Below, in pieces: positions 25,901 through 39,700 of a stretch of 64,000 bases of DNA (its first letter is position 1; the number at the start of each line of letters is the position of its first letter). Both the position numbers and the translations under genes were made by a program. The notes beneath the pieces are model-generated. The model was given only the letters and a program-made list of their open reading frames with translations, searched no databases and was not told the origin of the DNA. This DNA is from Dendrobates tinctorius (taxonomy: Eukaryota), in the NCBI RefSeq assembly GCF_039654945.1, contig NW_027361738.1:72044001-72108000 (forward strand), read 5' to 3'.

Positions 25901-28900
25901 TGATCATTTAAAAATTTTTTTTTTTACAAAACTACTTGGAGACTGCACTTATTTTTCAGATTTGGTAAGTGATAAAAAAGAAAAAAAAAAAAGATCTAAA
26001 TTTTCCTGTAAATTTATAACGTATCATTTGTGGGTTTTTTTTTCCAAAAAAACCTGATAATGCCGATGTACTTGCTGTGAAACTCAGTAAAAATGGCTGT
26101 ATAATCACTTTTGAAAACTTTTCTCTCCTGATAAAACTCCTTGCCGAAATGAGCCATGTACAGGCACTTTATGCTTACTTACTCATTTCTGGCTCTGCTG
26201 TCAGGTCGGCGGTGACAAAATTTGAGGGAAACAATCCAATTCCTTCGCTCGTCTCTCCTTTCCACCAGTTTGGGTCACTGAAATAAAGGTATAGGTGTTA
26301 CATGCTCTCCTGCGAGGCGGGGGCAATGATGGATCCTTAGGCCGAGCTCACACATCAGACATTCACGGCCTGAGCACGGTCAGGACCGCCCGCTAGCCTC
26401 CACATGTATGATGCCGTTAGCTCAGGTTAGGAAAGACCCCTGGATGGTCCGGACAACGCAATGACCACGAATGTCAGACATTTGAATATGGCAGATCGGA
26501 GGGCAGTGGATCTCAGCCGTCCCGCGTAGCGGGGGGCACGCACATCTCCTCCGTCCGTCATAGCGAGAGGGCACATGGATCTCAGCTCTCTAGCAAAGCG
26601 GGGGGGTTAGTGTCAAGCAGATCTCAGATGACTGGCTTAGCCAGGGACACATGGATCCCAAATGTCTGGCATAGCAGGGGATACGCAAATCCCAGCTGTC
26701 TGGCAACTACATATGTAGCTATCTGTAGCTATCTGCATTGTAAACTTGCAGCTACTGTCCATCACTGACGTCAGGGTCCGGCATATTCATGAGCTGCGGC
26801 TCCCCCGTTCTCCAGCCACTGTGCATTGGGAAAAAGCGGTCAAGCAGTGGCTGGAGAACGGGGGAGCCGCAGCTCATGAATATGCCGGACCCTGACGTCA
26901 CAGTGATGTCCGCTCCCTGGACTCCTGCTCAAGCTATTGTATAGGATCACGCAAACATGTCCATCCATAAACAGCGCCACTCCCATCTATGGGTCGTGTC
27001 TGTAATTGAAGCTTAGTCTCCGTGACATTAATGAACCCGAGTTGCAATACCACATACAACCTGTAGAAAGGCGTGGTGCTGTTTTTGGGTGAAAGCAGCC
27101 ATGTTTTCTAATCCTGGACAGCCTCATTGAAGCTTGTGCCTCACAATTCCTAGTCAATCATATGAACTGTACTTATAATGATGTACAGCAGGGCCAGACT
27201 ATTCCTAAAGGGGTACGCTCTACTAAGATGAGAAGTGTTTTGAGAAGGCTCTGTCCTTGGCCCCCTACTTTTTTCCATCTATACTCTTGGCCTAGGACAA
27301 CTCAAAGTCCCATGGCTTCCAGAAACACCTGTACACGGACGACACTCATATCTACCTCTCTGGCCCAGATGTCACCTCTCTGCTGTCCAGAATCCCAGAG
27401 TGTCTATGAGCCATATCCTCCTTTTTCACCTCTCACTTTCTAAAACTAAATGTAGACAAAATTGAACTCATTATCTTCCCTCCATCTCACAAATCTTCCC
27501 TACCCGATCTATCTATTATGGTAAACGGCATCACGTTCTCTCCCGTACCTGAAATCTTCTGCCTCTGAGTAACTCTCGACTCTGCCCTGTCCTTCAAACC
27601 ACACGTCCAAACTCTTGCCGCCTCCAACTCAAAAATATTTCCAGAATCCGTACCTTCCTCAGACCTCAATCTACTAAGAAACTCTTGCACATGCCCTCAT
27701 CATCTCCCACCTTGACTACTGCAACACTCTCCTCTGTAGCCTCCCTGCTAACTCTCTTGCACCGCTCCAGTCTGTCCTCAACTCTGCTGCCCAACTAATC
27801 CACCTCTCTCCTCTCTGCAAATCCCTCCACTGGCTCCCAATTCAAACTACTAACACTGACCTACAAAGCCATCCACAACCTTTCCCCTCCCTATATCTCT
27901 GAACTAATCTCCCGATATCTTCCCTCACGTAATCTCCGATCCTCCCAAGACCTCCTACTCTCCTCCACACTTATTCATTCCTCACACAACCTCCTCCAAG
28001 ATTTCTCCAGAATATCCCCTATCCTCTGGAATGCCATGCCTCAACACGTCCGATTATCCACCACCATAGGATCCTTCAAACGGAACCTGAAAACCCATCT
28101 TTTCAGGAAAGCTTACAGCATGAAATGACCCCGCTGCCTCCTCACCACCGCCCGAGCCGCTGCCTCATCACCGCCAGAGCTGCTGCACCCCCGACCTTCT
28201 GTCTCTTCCCCACTATCCCGAAGAATGTAAGTCCACAAGGACAGGGTCCTCTCCCCTCTGTACCAGTCCGTCATTGTAAATTTGTTTGCTGTTAACGATA
28301 TCTATAACTTTGTATGTAACCCCCCTTCCCATGTACAGCACCATGGAATTACTGGCGCTATATAAATATATAATAATAATAATAATGTGATTTCTACTTA
28401 AGGGGTATTCTCATCCCATCACTGAGACATGCCAGCTCTGCTCCCAGTGTCTGTTATAGTCTGCAGTGCTAATGTCACACAGATAGCGCTGCAACCAATC
28501 TGTGAGCTCAGTGACTCATGCCATCATCTTGGGAAGATTTGCTGAACTCATCCATCAGTTGCAGACAGAAAAATAGACATTGGTAGAGCAATGGTTGAGA
28601 CTCCGCACTGGACCTGGGAAAGGTGAGTAATTTTATTTATTTATTTTTTTTTATTTTTTAACAAATTGCAGCCGTGGGTAGGACTTTTCCAAAACCCCTT
28701 TAATGACCAGCAGGATAATCTATTTACCTTTGCAACCCTAGATCTAGTGAATGGTCCCCTTTAGGGACTGAGGCCTCGTCCTCACCTGTCATCCAGCACA
28801 GTGACTATTTCACCCGCTTTAAACGTCAGCTCATTATCCTCAGCGGCTTCAAAGTCGTAGATGGCCTGCACCTTCCGGCCTTCAGGCTTGTGACCAGACA

Positions 28901-29532
28901 AGAAGATTGTGCTCGGGTACAGACCGGACACCGCCCCGGGTTGTTTCTGTTCTTTCAGGGATAATTCGATTGCTGCAATGTAACGGAAGTATAGTCAGAG
29001 CTCTCCATGTCTCTGCACATACCATAAGCGAGTCAGAAGTGGTAATATCCTACATTACAAGATTGTAAAAAATTTTGTTTTGAGAAACATAACTTAATTT
29101 TTCTTTTAGTGATCTCCTGGTTGATGGGGGGGTTTAACAGGACCCTTTCAGGATCTAACCACTTAGATGCCGTTGGCAAAGATTGAGCTGGAGCAGAGAG
29201 GACATATCGGAGATGACGGACCGGCTCTACGCACATGTTGGGTGCAAGTCACATTCGAGAGGACGTTAAGGAAGTGATCACATATACGAGAGGACGTTAA
29301 GGAAGTGATCACATATATATAGGGCCTTCTGGTTTTTGGTTATTTTGCACTCCAGTATGATGCCGGTTGATTTACATAGGATCGTTTCAGAAATCTGGCA
29401 CATTCGTTCTAGCATCCAACAGGTCCAGGAGCAAGGACAAAAAAAAGGCAGAAGTATTTTTCTGTTTTCCAGATTATAGATGACAGACTGGTACACAACT
29501 TTTTTTTTTATTTCTGCTAGCTCTGTCCAGCT

Positions 29533-29588
<56 letters not shown>

Positions 29589-30731
29589 ACCCAGCATACA
29601 GTATATATAGAATACTACATTTTCTCAGTATGTTCGGGTGAAATGTTCCCTGCACCAGCCATGAGTTTCTGAAGGTGGGTCAGCAACTTAAAGGGCTTGT
29701 TGAGATGAGACAATACGCTTAAGCCTCCCTTAAGCCTCCGTGCAATATTCCTTGCATATATGGTGGATATCTGTTGCGCATGTATGACACAGAGGCCGCC
29801 CAATACACGGCCCTGTTTAGCCACATAAATGCCCATTATTAATTGTTTGCATAATTCAGATCACCCCCCTTTCTTTCCAACATTCAGAACTTTTTTTTTT
29901 TTTTTTTAGAAGCAGCCTAAAAAAGTGAATCAGGTCCTTAGAAGAACATCTAGGTATCTGTTTACATCTGCATTCTGCTTTTTGTCATAAAATAATAATA
30001 CTGTATGTAGAAATCCACTTTGAAAAGGGAAAATATCCCTCACCTATACATTGATTACCAGTCCATAGAAAGGTAAATCCATAAAACGACGCCATGTGCT
30101 GCTAATACGCAGCAACGTAGGAGCAGAATTACAGGCATAACTTGCCTTTAGCGAGATCTTCCTCCTCTTTCTTGGTGGCCACGGTTCCGGGGTCTTTAGT
30201 TACCAGCGCAGGGCTCGCCTTAGCCTGTTCTGCCGCCTATAAAATAAACATGCAAGTCACATATGTAGGAAAGAATATGGCTGACTGCTGAGACCCCCAC
30301 ATTTCAGTGGTGACGCAAGCACACCACCGCTCCATCCATTGCCTATACGGATTTTCCAGCAGATTTAACCCTCTGCAATGCAAAAGATGAAATCTACATA
30401 TTTTTGTGCGAATTTACAGACTAGTTCCAGATGGTGTGAACAGAACCTCGAACTGGGCATTATTTTTCAGCAGTAGCCCTCTCCAAATCAGGAGTCCGTT
30501 GTATATTTTCGTTGTGAGGTGTCATCAGAACAAGTGTTTATACAGGAAAAAAAACGCGGCATCAACCTAACGTCACATTTACCTGTGACCCGATGGCCGG
30601 GAAGGTCACTCCTTGTTCCTTCAGATTCTTAATCATTGCGGAAATGAGACTAAGTTGCGGGTCGTTCTTGAATTCGTCCGCCCACTCTACCATCAGCGCT
30701 TTTAACTTTTCACAAACTTTTGGGTGTCCCT

Positions 30732-30786
<55 letters not shown>

Positions 30787-33700
30787 GAGCTTAGTCTCAC
30801 AATACAAAGAGCAAAAATCCTTTTCCTTATTTTACTCCCAACATGTCCATGAATACGGCCGGGCAAAAGTCTGTACTCCTAAGTCTCAGCCCAACATTTC
30901 CTTCCTCTGAGATTTAATGAATGGATATTAAAAGGGAAGTTATCATCAAAAAATTGCATTCACTTTTATATCTGATTATTTTATCTGTTTTTATTTATAT
31001 GTCGATCCACAGAAAATCTTGAAATATTCCAGTGTTCAGAGGCCACTAAAGCAAACTAAATAAGCAAATAATTCCTTGTCGTCAGCTTTGATGAGTAGAA
31101 TTGGACAAAATCAGCGACATATTTATATCATTTGTTGTGTCTGCGGGCTCCGGTGTTGAGCCCGCATCTTTCCCCACACATGACAGCTGAAGGTCAGTTT
31201 TAGCATTTAGTGAACATGGTAAATAAAAACCCCAAAAACTATTGTGGAATTGCACTTTTTTTTGCAATTTCACCGCACTTGGAATTTATTTTCCCTGTTT
31301 TTCAATATATGGTAAAATCAATGGAGGCATTCAAAAGTACAACTCATCCCACAAAAAAAAAAAAAAAAAAAAAAAGGCTCTTGGAAACCAGAAAATGGAC
31401 AAAATGACCCTGGTCCAGTGGCCACATTGGTGGTTTGTGTCCACCAGACCGCAAATTTCATTCTGCATGCCAACATGTAGCACCTCTTCTGAGCAGCAGC
31501 CTCAGTGCAATGCATGTATCACGATCCATTTTTGGATCTGTGTCAGATTCTGGATTCTCTTATATAAACTTTTTTCCTTTCAGGCCACCGGGGGTTAATA
31601 TTAGTTTTTGCCACCGGTGGCCGCTGATGTTACTACTTGTTTGGTTAGTCTGATTCTGCTGATGGTGACCACTCCCACCTTCCTATATAAGGTCACCTGA
31701 GGCATCAGCTGGTGTCGGTGATACACAACCGTGGCAAGACAAGAGCTGGCTGAGAGCAGTGGTGCTTCTGCTGATCCGGTGCCTTACTCTGCTGCTCGGT
31801 GCATTGCAGCAGAGAAAGCTATGTGTTGTTTGTCTTACCTTAGGTGTTATATTAGTGCAGCAGTGGGACCAGTGTCCGCACTTACCAAATCCCTAGTGAG
31901 GGATAGGTGTAGGGTAAGTGAGGGACAAGGTATCCTGCTCGGCAACAGGTTGAAAGACCCTGTATAAGGATGTCAGGTTAGTCTAGGACTCAACCGCAGC
32001 AGAGTGCAGGAGGTGTCCCTTCCCCGTTCCCTATAGCAGGGCCCACCGTTTTAATTGTGTCCCCTTGTTTGTCTTGCTATTTTGGTGACCGACCGGTCGT
32101 TGGGTCGCACCACGCAGGGTCAGTCACATATCCTGACATTATCAATCGTGACAGCATGCCTGAACTCAAGCTGAGTGGCCTATTCATCCAGAAGAAGATT
32201 TAGGAGGAAGAATTGTCATGGACGGACTTGTAATCCCGGTGGCTCCTATTACAGGACCACGCTGATATCACGAAGCTTTGCGTCACCAACCATCCCGTCA
32301 TGTTAGTAAAGACGGACGGCACATTAAGCCGTGCCTCTCAATTCTTTTCTCCATGTAGTGTATACCCCATGTGATTAAAGGAGCAAATTACAATCCCGCA
32401 GTGTCCAGGCCACTGAGGACAGCGACTGGACTCACCTTATTTAATACACTGCTGACCTCGCTTGCAAAGTCTCGGGAACAAACTTCTAAGTGAAATATCT
32501 TCCCGCAGTTGGACACACAAGCTCCGAGCAGCTGAAATACAAGAGGAAATAATAATTATTTATTAACAATGATGATTCATGAAACACAGATGCATCCAAA
32601 TATCATTGTTGACACATTTCTTTATAAGGGGTTTTTCCACTGCGGGCAATCCCCATCCCGCTAGCAGGTTTCATAACTAGCTGATTATAGGGGAGCCTGG
32701 AGAAGGTGACCCAGTCTTCTAAGCAGGATCAATACAGGGTTTTAAGATCCTTGAGTCGATTTTGAGTCATACATTAATATTACAAGAGATGAGCAAAAAG
32801 ATTTGAAGCACAGAGTTGTAAGCGGCAGAGGTGACCTGGATGCCAAGCACAGAACTGCTGGCTCAGAAGTGAACACCAACATGTTCCGGTTCCCACAGCG
32901 GATCGATCTGGGCGCCAGAGCAGGATAGATCAAATGTTTGCTCATCTCTATACATTAATAATATACATTACACACAGTGGAGAAAAAAACCAAGTCGATT
33001 CCCTAGAAATCAATAACTGTGACATGGCCAGGATCTGAGCTTCCACTGGAATGGCGCACCCTCACTGGGGCACCGTCTGTCCCGGGGCGTCCGCACTGGG
33101 GCACCGTCTGTCCCGGGGCGTCCGCACTGGGGCACCGTCTGTCCCGGGGCGTCCGCATGGTTCTAGGGCACCCAATACTGGGGCATTGATGGGATTAGCA
33201 CGCCCACACAGGGGTACTGCCATGCATTTTCAGAGGTGCCATACATAAGGAGGCGAGGTTGTTGGTGCATCTGCAGTCTGGTTCAGGAGGTCATCCAAAG
33301 CTTTATCTGCCACAGTATACCTACATCACCCCTTTTGTAATGAACTTGGATGAGTGATCACATTTCATGAGCGATGTTCGCAGGTTACTGATCCTCGTTC
33401 TGCTGTACGCACACATTGCCGTCCAGATTCCCCTTATATTCTGCATTTCCCTTCTTTTATGATGCACTTTGCTAATGGTGTTAGATTGCAGCAGCCGGCA
33501 GTGAGAACACTTACTGTAAGTGCTTGCATCGCAACGTGGGGGTCTTTATGGTTCACTCGCTTCATAATGGAACGGAGACAGTCTTTGGGCCTGAAAGAAG
33601 AATTAGTTCACTTGTTACATTTTCTTTTCAAATCCATTTGTTCTTACAGAAAGCTTGTCGTCATCGTCATCTGCATTTCCTCCCACTTCTCTGTACAAAA

Positions 33701-36700
33701 TACTTTATGGATCAACTGCAGTAAAAAAAAAATATAGATCCTGTCGACGGCTTATGGTCACAGACGCGCGCCCCCGCATCTGTCTGAACTCGCACATACA
33801 CCATAGACTTCTAAGGGAGTGTTTGGTCTCAAAATCCATTAAAAAAAAACGTAATCTATGCGTTAATGAGCCTCCTATCACCTGTAACCCCTTAATGACC
33901 ACATTTCAGCAGCCATAACTATTTTTCTTACAGACTTGGCTGTATCGGGCTTTGTATTATGCCATCTGCTCCCATGAGATGTATCTGCTGCAGACTAAAA
34001 GTCTACTTGAACCATCAACGCTGCGGACATCAACTTTTGGAAGCATATTATCCTAAGTCATATTGAAAGACTCGTTAAAGGGTTAATTGTGACTTGTAGG
34101 ATCGCCGCTTCCAACAGGTGGCGCTATAGAGTCCTTCTCTCTGAAGAGGCAATTTGCATATTAGAAAAGAAAAGCACTTACCCCGTACGTGACTGCCCAA
34201 CTTTATCACATAGGTCGAGGATGAGCCCCCAGTCCTCCGCTGTGTTCAACTCACTTGTTGCTTTTTCTATCGTGAAAAAAAAACCAAAGGAATGGCATTA
34301 TCCCTCCTCATTTTTCAAATTGCCATTAAAAAAAAAAAAAAAATACAAAATTACCGCCTCATCAGGACCATGCCTATAATGCCTGGGCATGCTCCTGAGG
34401 AGGCGGCGGATGTTCTCCTGAAGGATCTCTTCCAAGACCTGGATTAAAGCATCAGTCACCTCCGGAACAGTCTGTGGTGCAACGTTGCGTTGGTGGTTGG
34501 AAAGAGACATTATGTCCCAGATGTGCGCGACTTGATTCAGGTCTAGGGAACGGGAAAGCCAGTCTATAACATCAATGCCTTCATCATGCAGGAACTGCAG
34601 ACAACCTTCAGACATGAGTCCTAGCACTGTTATGGATCAGAGGGAACCCAGCATCCACTGCACCAGCATATGGTCTCACAAGGGGTCTGAGGATCTCATC
34701 TCGATACCTAATGGCAGTCAGGCTACCTCTGGCGAGCACATGGAGGGCTGTCCGGTCCTCCAAAGAAATGCCACCCCACACCATTACTGACTCACTGTCA
34801 AACCGGTCATGCTGAAGGATGTTGCAGGCAGATCGCTCACCACGGCGTCTCCAGACTCCACATGTGCTCAGTGTAAACCTGCTCTCATCCGTGAAGAACA
34901 CAGGAAGACAAATGTTGAATCTGGCATTTGACAGAGAACACTACGATTGGCAACCTCCCTGCACGGTGTTGGCTGTAAGAACACCACCCTACATGTGGAT
35001 GTCGAGCCCTCATACCATCCCTCATAGAGTCTGTCTCTGACAGTTTGAGCAGACACATGGATGTTAGTGGCCTGCTGGAGGCCATTTTGCAGGGCTCTGG
35101 CAGTGCTCCTACTGTTCCTCCTAGCACAAAGGAGGAGGTAGCGCTCCTGCTGCTGTGTTGGTGCCTTCCTACGGCTCCCTTCACATCTCCTGGTGTACTG
35201 GCCTGTCTCCTGGTTGTGCTGACAGAGACAGCTACACATCTTGACACAGCTCACATTGATGTGCCATCCTGGATGAGCTGCACTACCTGAGCAACTTCTG
35301 TGGGTTGTAGACACCACCTCATGATACTGTACAGTACCTCAAAGAGTGAGAGCTACGACAAAATGAAAAAATAAACAAAACAGCCAAAAACAATGAGAAC
35401 AGAGAAATGGTCTGTGGTCACCCCCAGCAGAACCACTCCGTTATAGGGGTCGTCTTGCTAATTGACTATCATTTCTACCTATTGTCTGTTCCATTTGCAC
35501 AACAGCAGAAAAACAATGATTCATAATCAGTGTTGCTTCATAACTAGACAGGTTCATTTCACAGAACTATGATTGACTTGGAGTTACATTGTGCTATTTG
35601 AGCTTTCCCTTTATTTTTTGAGCAGTGTAAATATATCATTTATTTTAAATTTCAGTGTATGTGTATATACATACATACATATACACACACACACACACAC
35701 ACAAAAATACAGCTCTGGCAAAAATTGAGAGACCATTTTCAAATGTTCAGTTTGTCTGATTTTCCTCTTTATAGGTATATTTTTGAGTAAAATGTAATTT
35801 GTTCTATTAGTCTATAAACTTCTGACAAAATGTCTCCGAGTTTCCAAGCAATAAGTTTTGTATTTTTTTTCTGACAAAGAAAAATGGTCAAAATTTATAA
35901 AAAAACAAAAAAAACAGTACTTTCAGACCTCAAATAATGCAAAGAAAATGAGTTAATAATCAACAATTCTAATGTTTTAACTCCGGAAGAGTTCAGAAAT
36001 CAATATTTTGTGAAATTACCATGATTTTTAATCACAGCTTTCATGCGTCTCGGCTGCTTTCCACCAGTCTTTCACACGGCTTCTGGTGCAAAATTGTAAG
36101 TAGTTCTTCTTTGTTTGATGGCTTGTGACTATCCATCATCCTCTTGATTACATTCCAGAGATTTTCAGTGGGGTTCAGGTCTGGAGAATGGGCTGCCCAT
36201 GTTTATGATGTCATAATGGTTGACTATGGGATAAAGATATGTATGATGGGTATATGGGCACGGGACTATGGGATGGAGGATATGTATGATGGGTATATGG
36301 GCACGGGACTATGAAATGGCGAATATGTATGATGGGTATATGGGCATGGGACTATGAAATGGCGAATATGTATGATGGGTATATGGGCATGGGACTATGG
36401 GATGGAAGATGTATGATGGGTATATGGGCACGGGACTATGGGGTAAAGATATGTATGATGGGTATATGGGCATGGGACTATGGGATGGAAGATGTGTGAT
36501 GGGTATATGGGCATGGGACTATGGGATGGAGGATATGTATGATGGGTATATGGGCACGGGACTATGGGATGGAGGATATGTATGATGGGTATATGGGCAC
36601 GGGACTATGGGATGGAGGATATATATGATGGGTATATGGTCACGGGCCTATGGGATGGTGGATATGTATGATGGGTATATGGGCACGGGACTATGGGATG

Positions 36701-39700
36701 GAGGATAATTATAATTTGTTATAACTAACCACAGTTAGTTACTATGGGGCAGCGCCGGGGCTCTTCAGCTAGTATATATATATATATATTTTTTTTTAAT
36801 TATTTTTTTTCCTGCGCATTGTGACAATCACTAAGCATCTTAGATCTGCTTTTGAAATGATAAATGTCTTGTGCGAACCACCGAATGCACACGACCTCAG
36901 AGGAAATAACTGCGACACTGCTGATTAACATTCCTTGTCCACAATCAGATTCCCAGGCTTCCCTATGGCGCTCAGTAGCTGCATCGCTTTACCAGTCATC
37001 AGGAGACAAGGTTAACTTACACACCAATATATGCAATATCAAGCAGTAAACCACATATTCCTACAAGAAATGTTAAAGCATACCTATCTTTTCTGGTAGC
37101 TCTTCGGGATAGCTGTGCTGTGTGTACAGGAAGAATTAGAAAACCTGGCCATTATATATCTTGTATCTGGCATTTTTCACTCATTTTCAGTTGTCTCTGA
37201 GCTGGTGGATGCAGACTAAACATGACGATGCCTCCCCATACACAGCACACACAGACATGAAGGATTCCTGCTCTCCTTGCCTACATGATCAGAAGCAGCT
37301 CCTCTCTCTCTGTGTCTCCAACCACCTCTTCACTCCCTGTGATCCCTCCTCCGCCTCCATAGACTTCAATAGACAGCAGTATTCTACCATCTTGCAGTGC
37401 TGGCAGCATGAGTTATTGTGAATAAGAAGGGTTTTTAAATGTTGTTGTGGAGTCAATGTTTAGTTCAGAAGACAGAGAAAAGAGGCTCATAAGTGGAGAA
37501 AGGCACGAGTTTCTTTGAAAAGATACATTACAACTAGTGAAGAGAGAACATGCTTGGATAAGGTGTTATCTGAGCATGCTCATGTGCAAACCGAGTATCT
37601 TCAGCATGCTCGAAAAATATGTTTGAGTCCCCGAGGAATGATCTACTTTAAATACCAGTAAGGCTGTCAGGGTGTGCTGGGAGCTGCAGGTGGCTTTGCA
37701 TGGAACCATGCGGGGCAATGGCCGAGCGCTCTGTACAGCTTTCCTGTTCTCATTCATTAGTGGCTCCTTTGGAATCCAGAATCACCAATTCTTTGGCCTC
37801 GCTTACTGTGCAGCGGGGAGGAAGGACAGCTATTTCCTTTAAGAGTTTGAAATTCCATAATGAGGAGTGACCTCCCGATACTGGAGGCCACGGAGTGCAG
37901 AAAGCATGTGACATGTGGAAATGCCGTCTGGGCCTGCTGTATAGGCTGGAGCTAAGCATTTACTGTGCATTACGTGCCGGAGCCGCTCCTGGGTCATTGA
38001 GCCATTTACCCCTTCAGATAAATAATATTTACATGAGATCTTACGTGTACATTAATCATCCGAGGACGGTCGACCAGTGATAAATCACGCAGACACCATG
38101 ATGCAAAGGGAAGAGCGAGTGAAAAAAAATTTAAAAAAAAAAAAAATCAGCAAGTGTTCACGGCCCGAAAGTCTATCACCAAACCTACAGAAAACCAGTG
38201 CAGAAGGCGACGAAACATCCGCGGAGCGTCTACACGGCCTGCAACATCATCAGCGCCGCTCGCAATGTGGAAATAACCAGCGGCCAAAAAAAAAAAAAAA
38301 CTGTAAAAGTCTTGATTATTATTATTTTTTTTTTTTTTTTAATGAAGAACAAAGAAATTGTGCAAATAAAAATATGATATCCTGCGCCCCTGTAGTTCTT
38401 CCTGTGGACACAGCTGTAACGCGCCAGGGATCCTACGGCTGCAGCCGTCACATCCCAGGTTACTGACATCGCTGCTCTTATTGCCGGGCGGCGATGCTAG
38501 TGGTCCAGCATGTGACCATTGATTGATGGCAGCGGTCACATACCAAGGGAGAAGTGACTGCTGGGGAAAGAAGAAAGGGGGGGGGGGGGGGGGAGGTTTA
38601 TTTTAAAAATATTTTTTATTTAAGTGTATGAAAGTGGCGCAAGTGTAAAAGTCATATGCAAATTAGATAGGAAGTGCATTGGGGGGCGTGTCCAGTTGGG
38701 GAAAGCAGACACGCCCCAATGCACTTCCCACCTAATTTGCATACGTTTCTACAGTACATGGCTCAAGACACATCTGATCTCAAAAAAAAAAAAAATAGCC
38801 ATTTTTCTAGAAGGAGAAGCTCCTTTACTTCCACAATGCTGACAGGTTCCCTTTAATAGATATAGCCGAGTCATCAACTGTCCTAATGAAGCAAGGCCAG
38901 ACGTTATCTATAAAGCCAGCAGTACCTGTGTCCCTATGATAACACTGCCTGTGCTCAAGCTCTGCAATTAGACAAGTATGTATTTTTCTTGTCTTTTTAC
39001 GACTCAGGCTACACAGCAACAGTGGCCACAGCCAGAGAGCGCTTTATCTGCTGCTACATAACCAGGTGGATGGGGGGGGGGGTCACGCTGCGTCCCACAG
39101 GGTAATACGACCACGATAAATTAGTCATAAAATGTGTGAACCAGTTGGGATTATTTTTGGTCATGGTATCTTGGGGATCACAACAAGATCCCATTAGTGA
39201 TGAGCCAACGTGCTCAGATAAAGGTGTTATCTGAGCATGCTCAGGTGCTCGAAAAATATGTTTGAGTCCCCATGGCTGCATCTCTCATGGCTGTTTTACA
39301 GCTGCAACACATGCAGAGACTGTCTAACAAACAGGAAATCCCTGCATGTGTTGCGGCTTTCTAACAGTCGCTGAGACATGCAGCTAACAGGACTCGAACA
39401 TACTTTTTGAGCACCCGAGCATGCTCAGATAACACCTTTTCCCAGCATACTTGCTCATCACTGGACCCCATTTATCTGCAATATTTGACCTTTGTAGTGG
39501 CAAACGTTACGGTGTAGCTGTAGTCTAAGGGCTCATTCACTTGACAGGTTTTTACGAGTAGCACTTGTACCTAGAATAGTAAGCGAGAGGCTGTCTGCAC
39601 ATCAGGGATTCTTTATGGACCAAATGGTGAATGCAAAAATCGAAGACGTGTCCGATATTGATGCGAATATCAAATCCAACTTGGCATAGGAGGTCTATGG

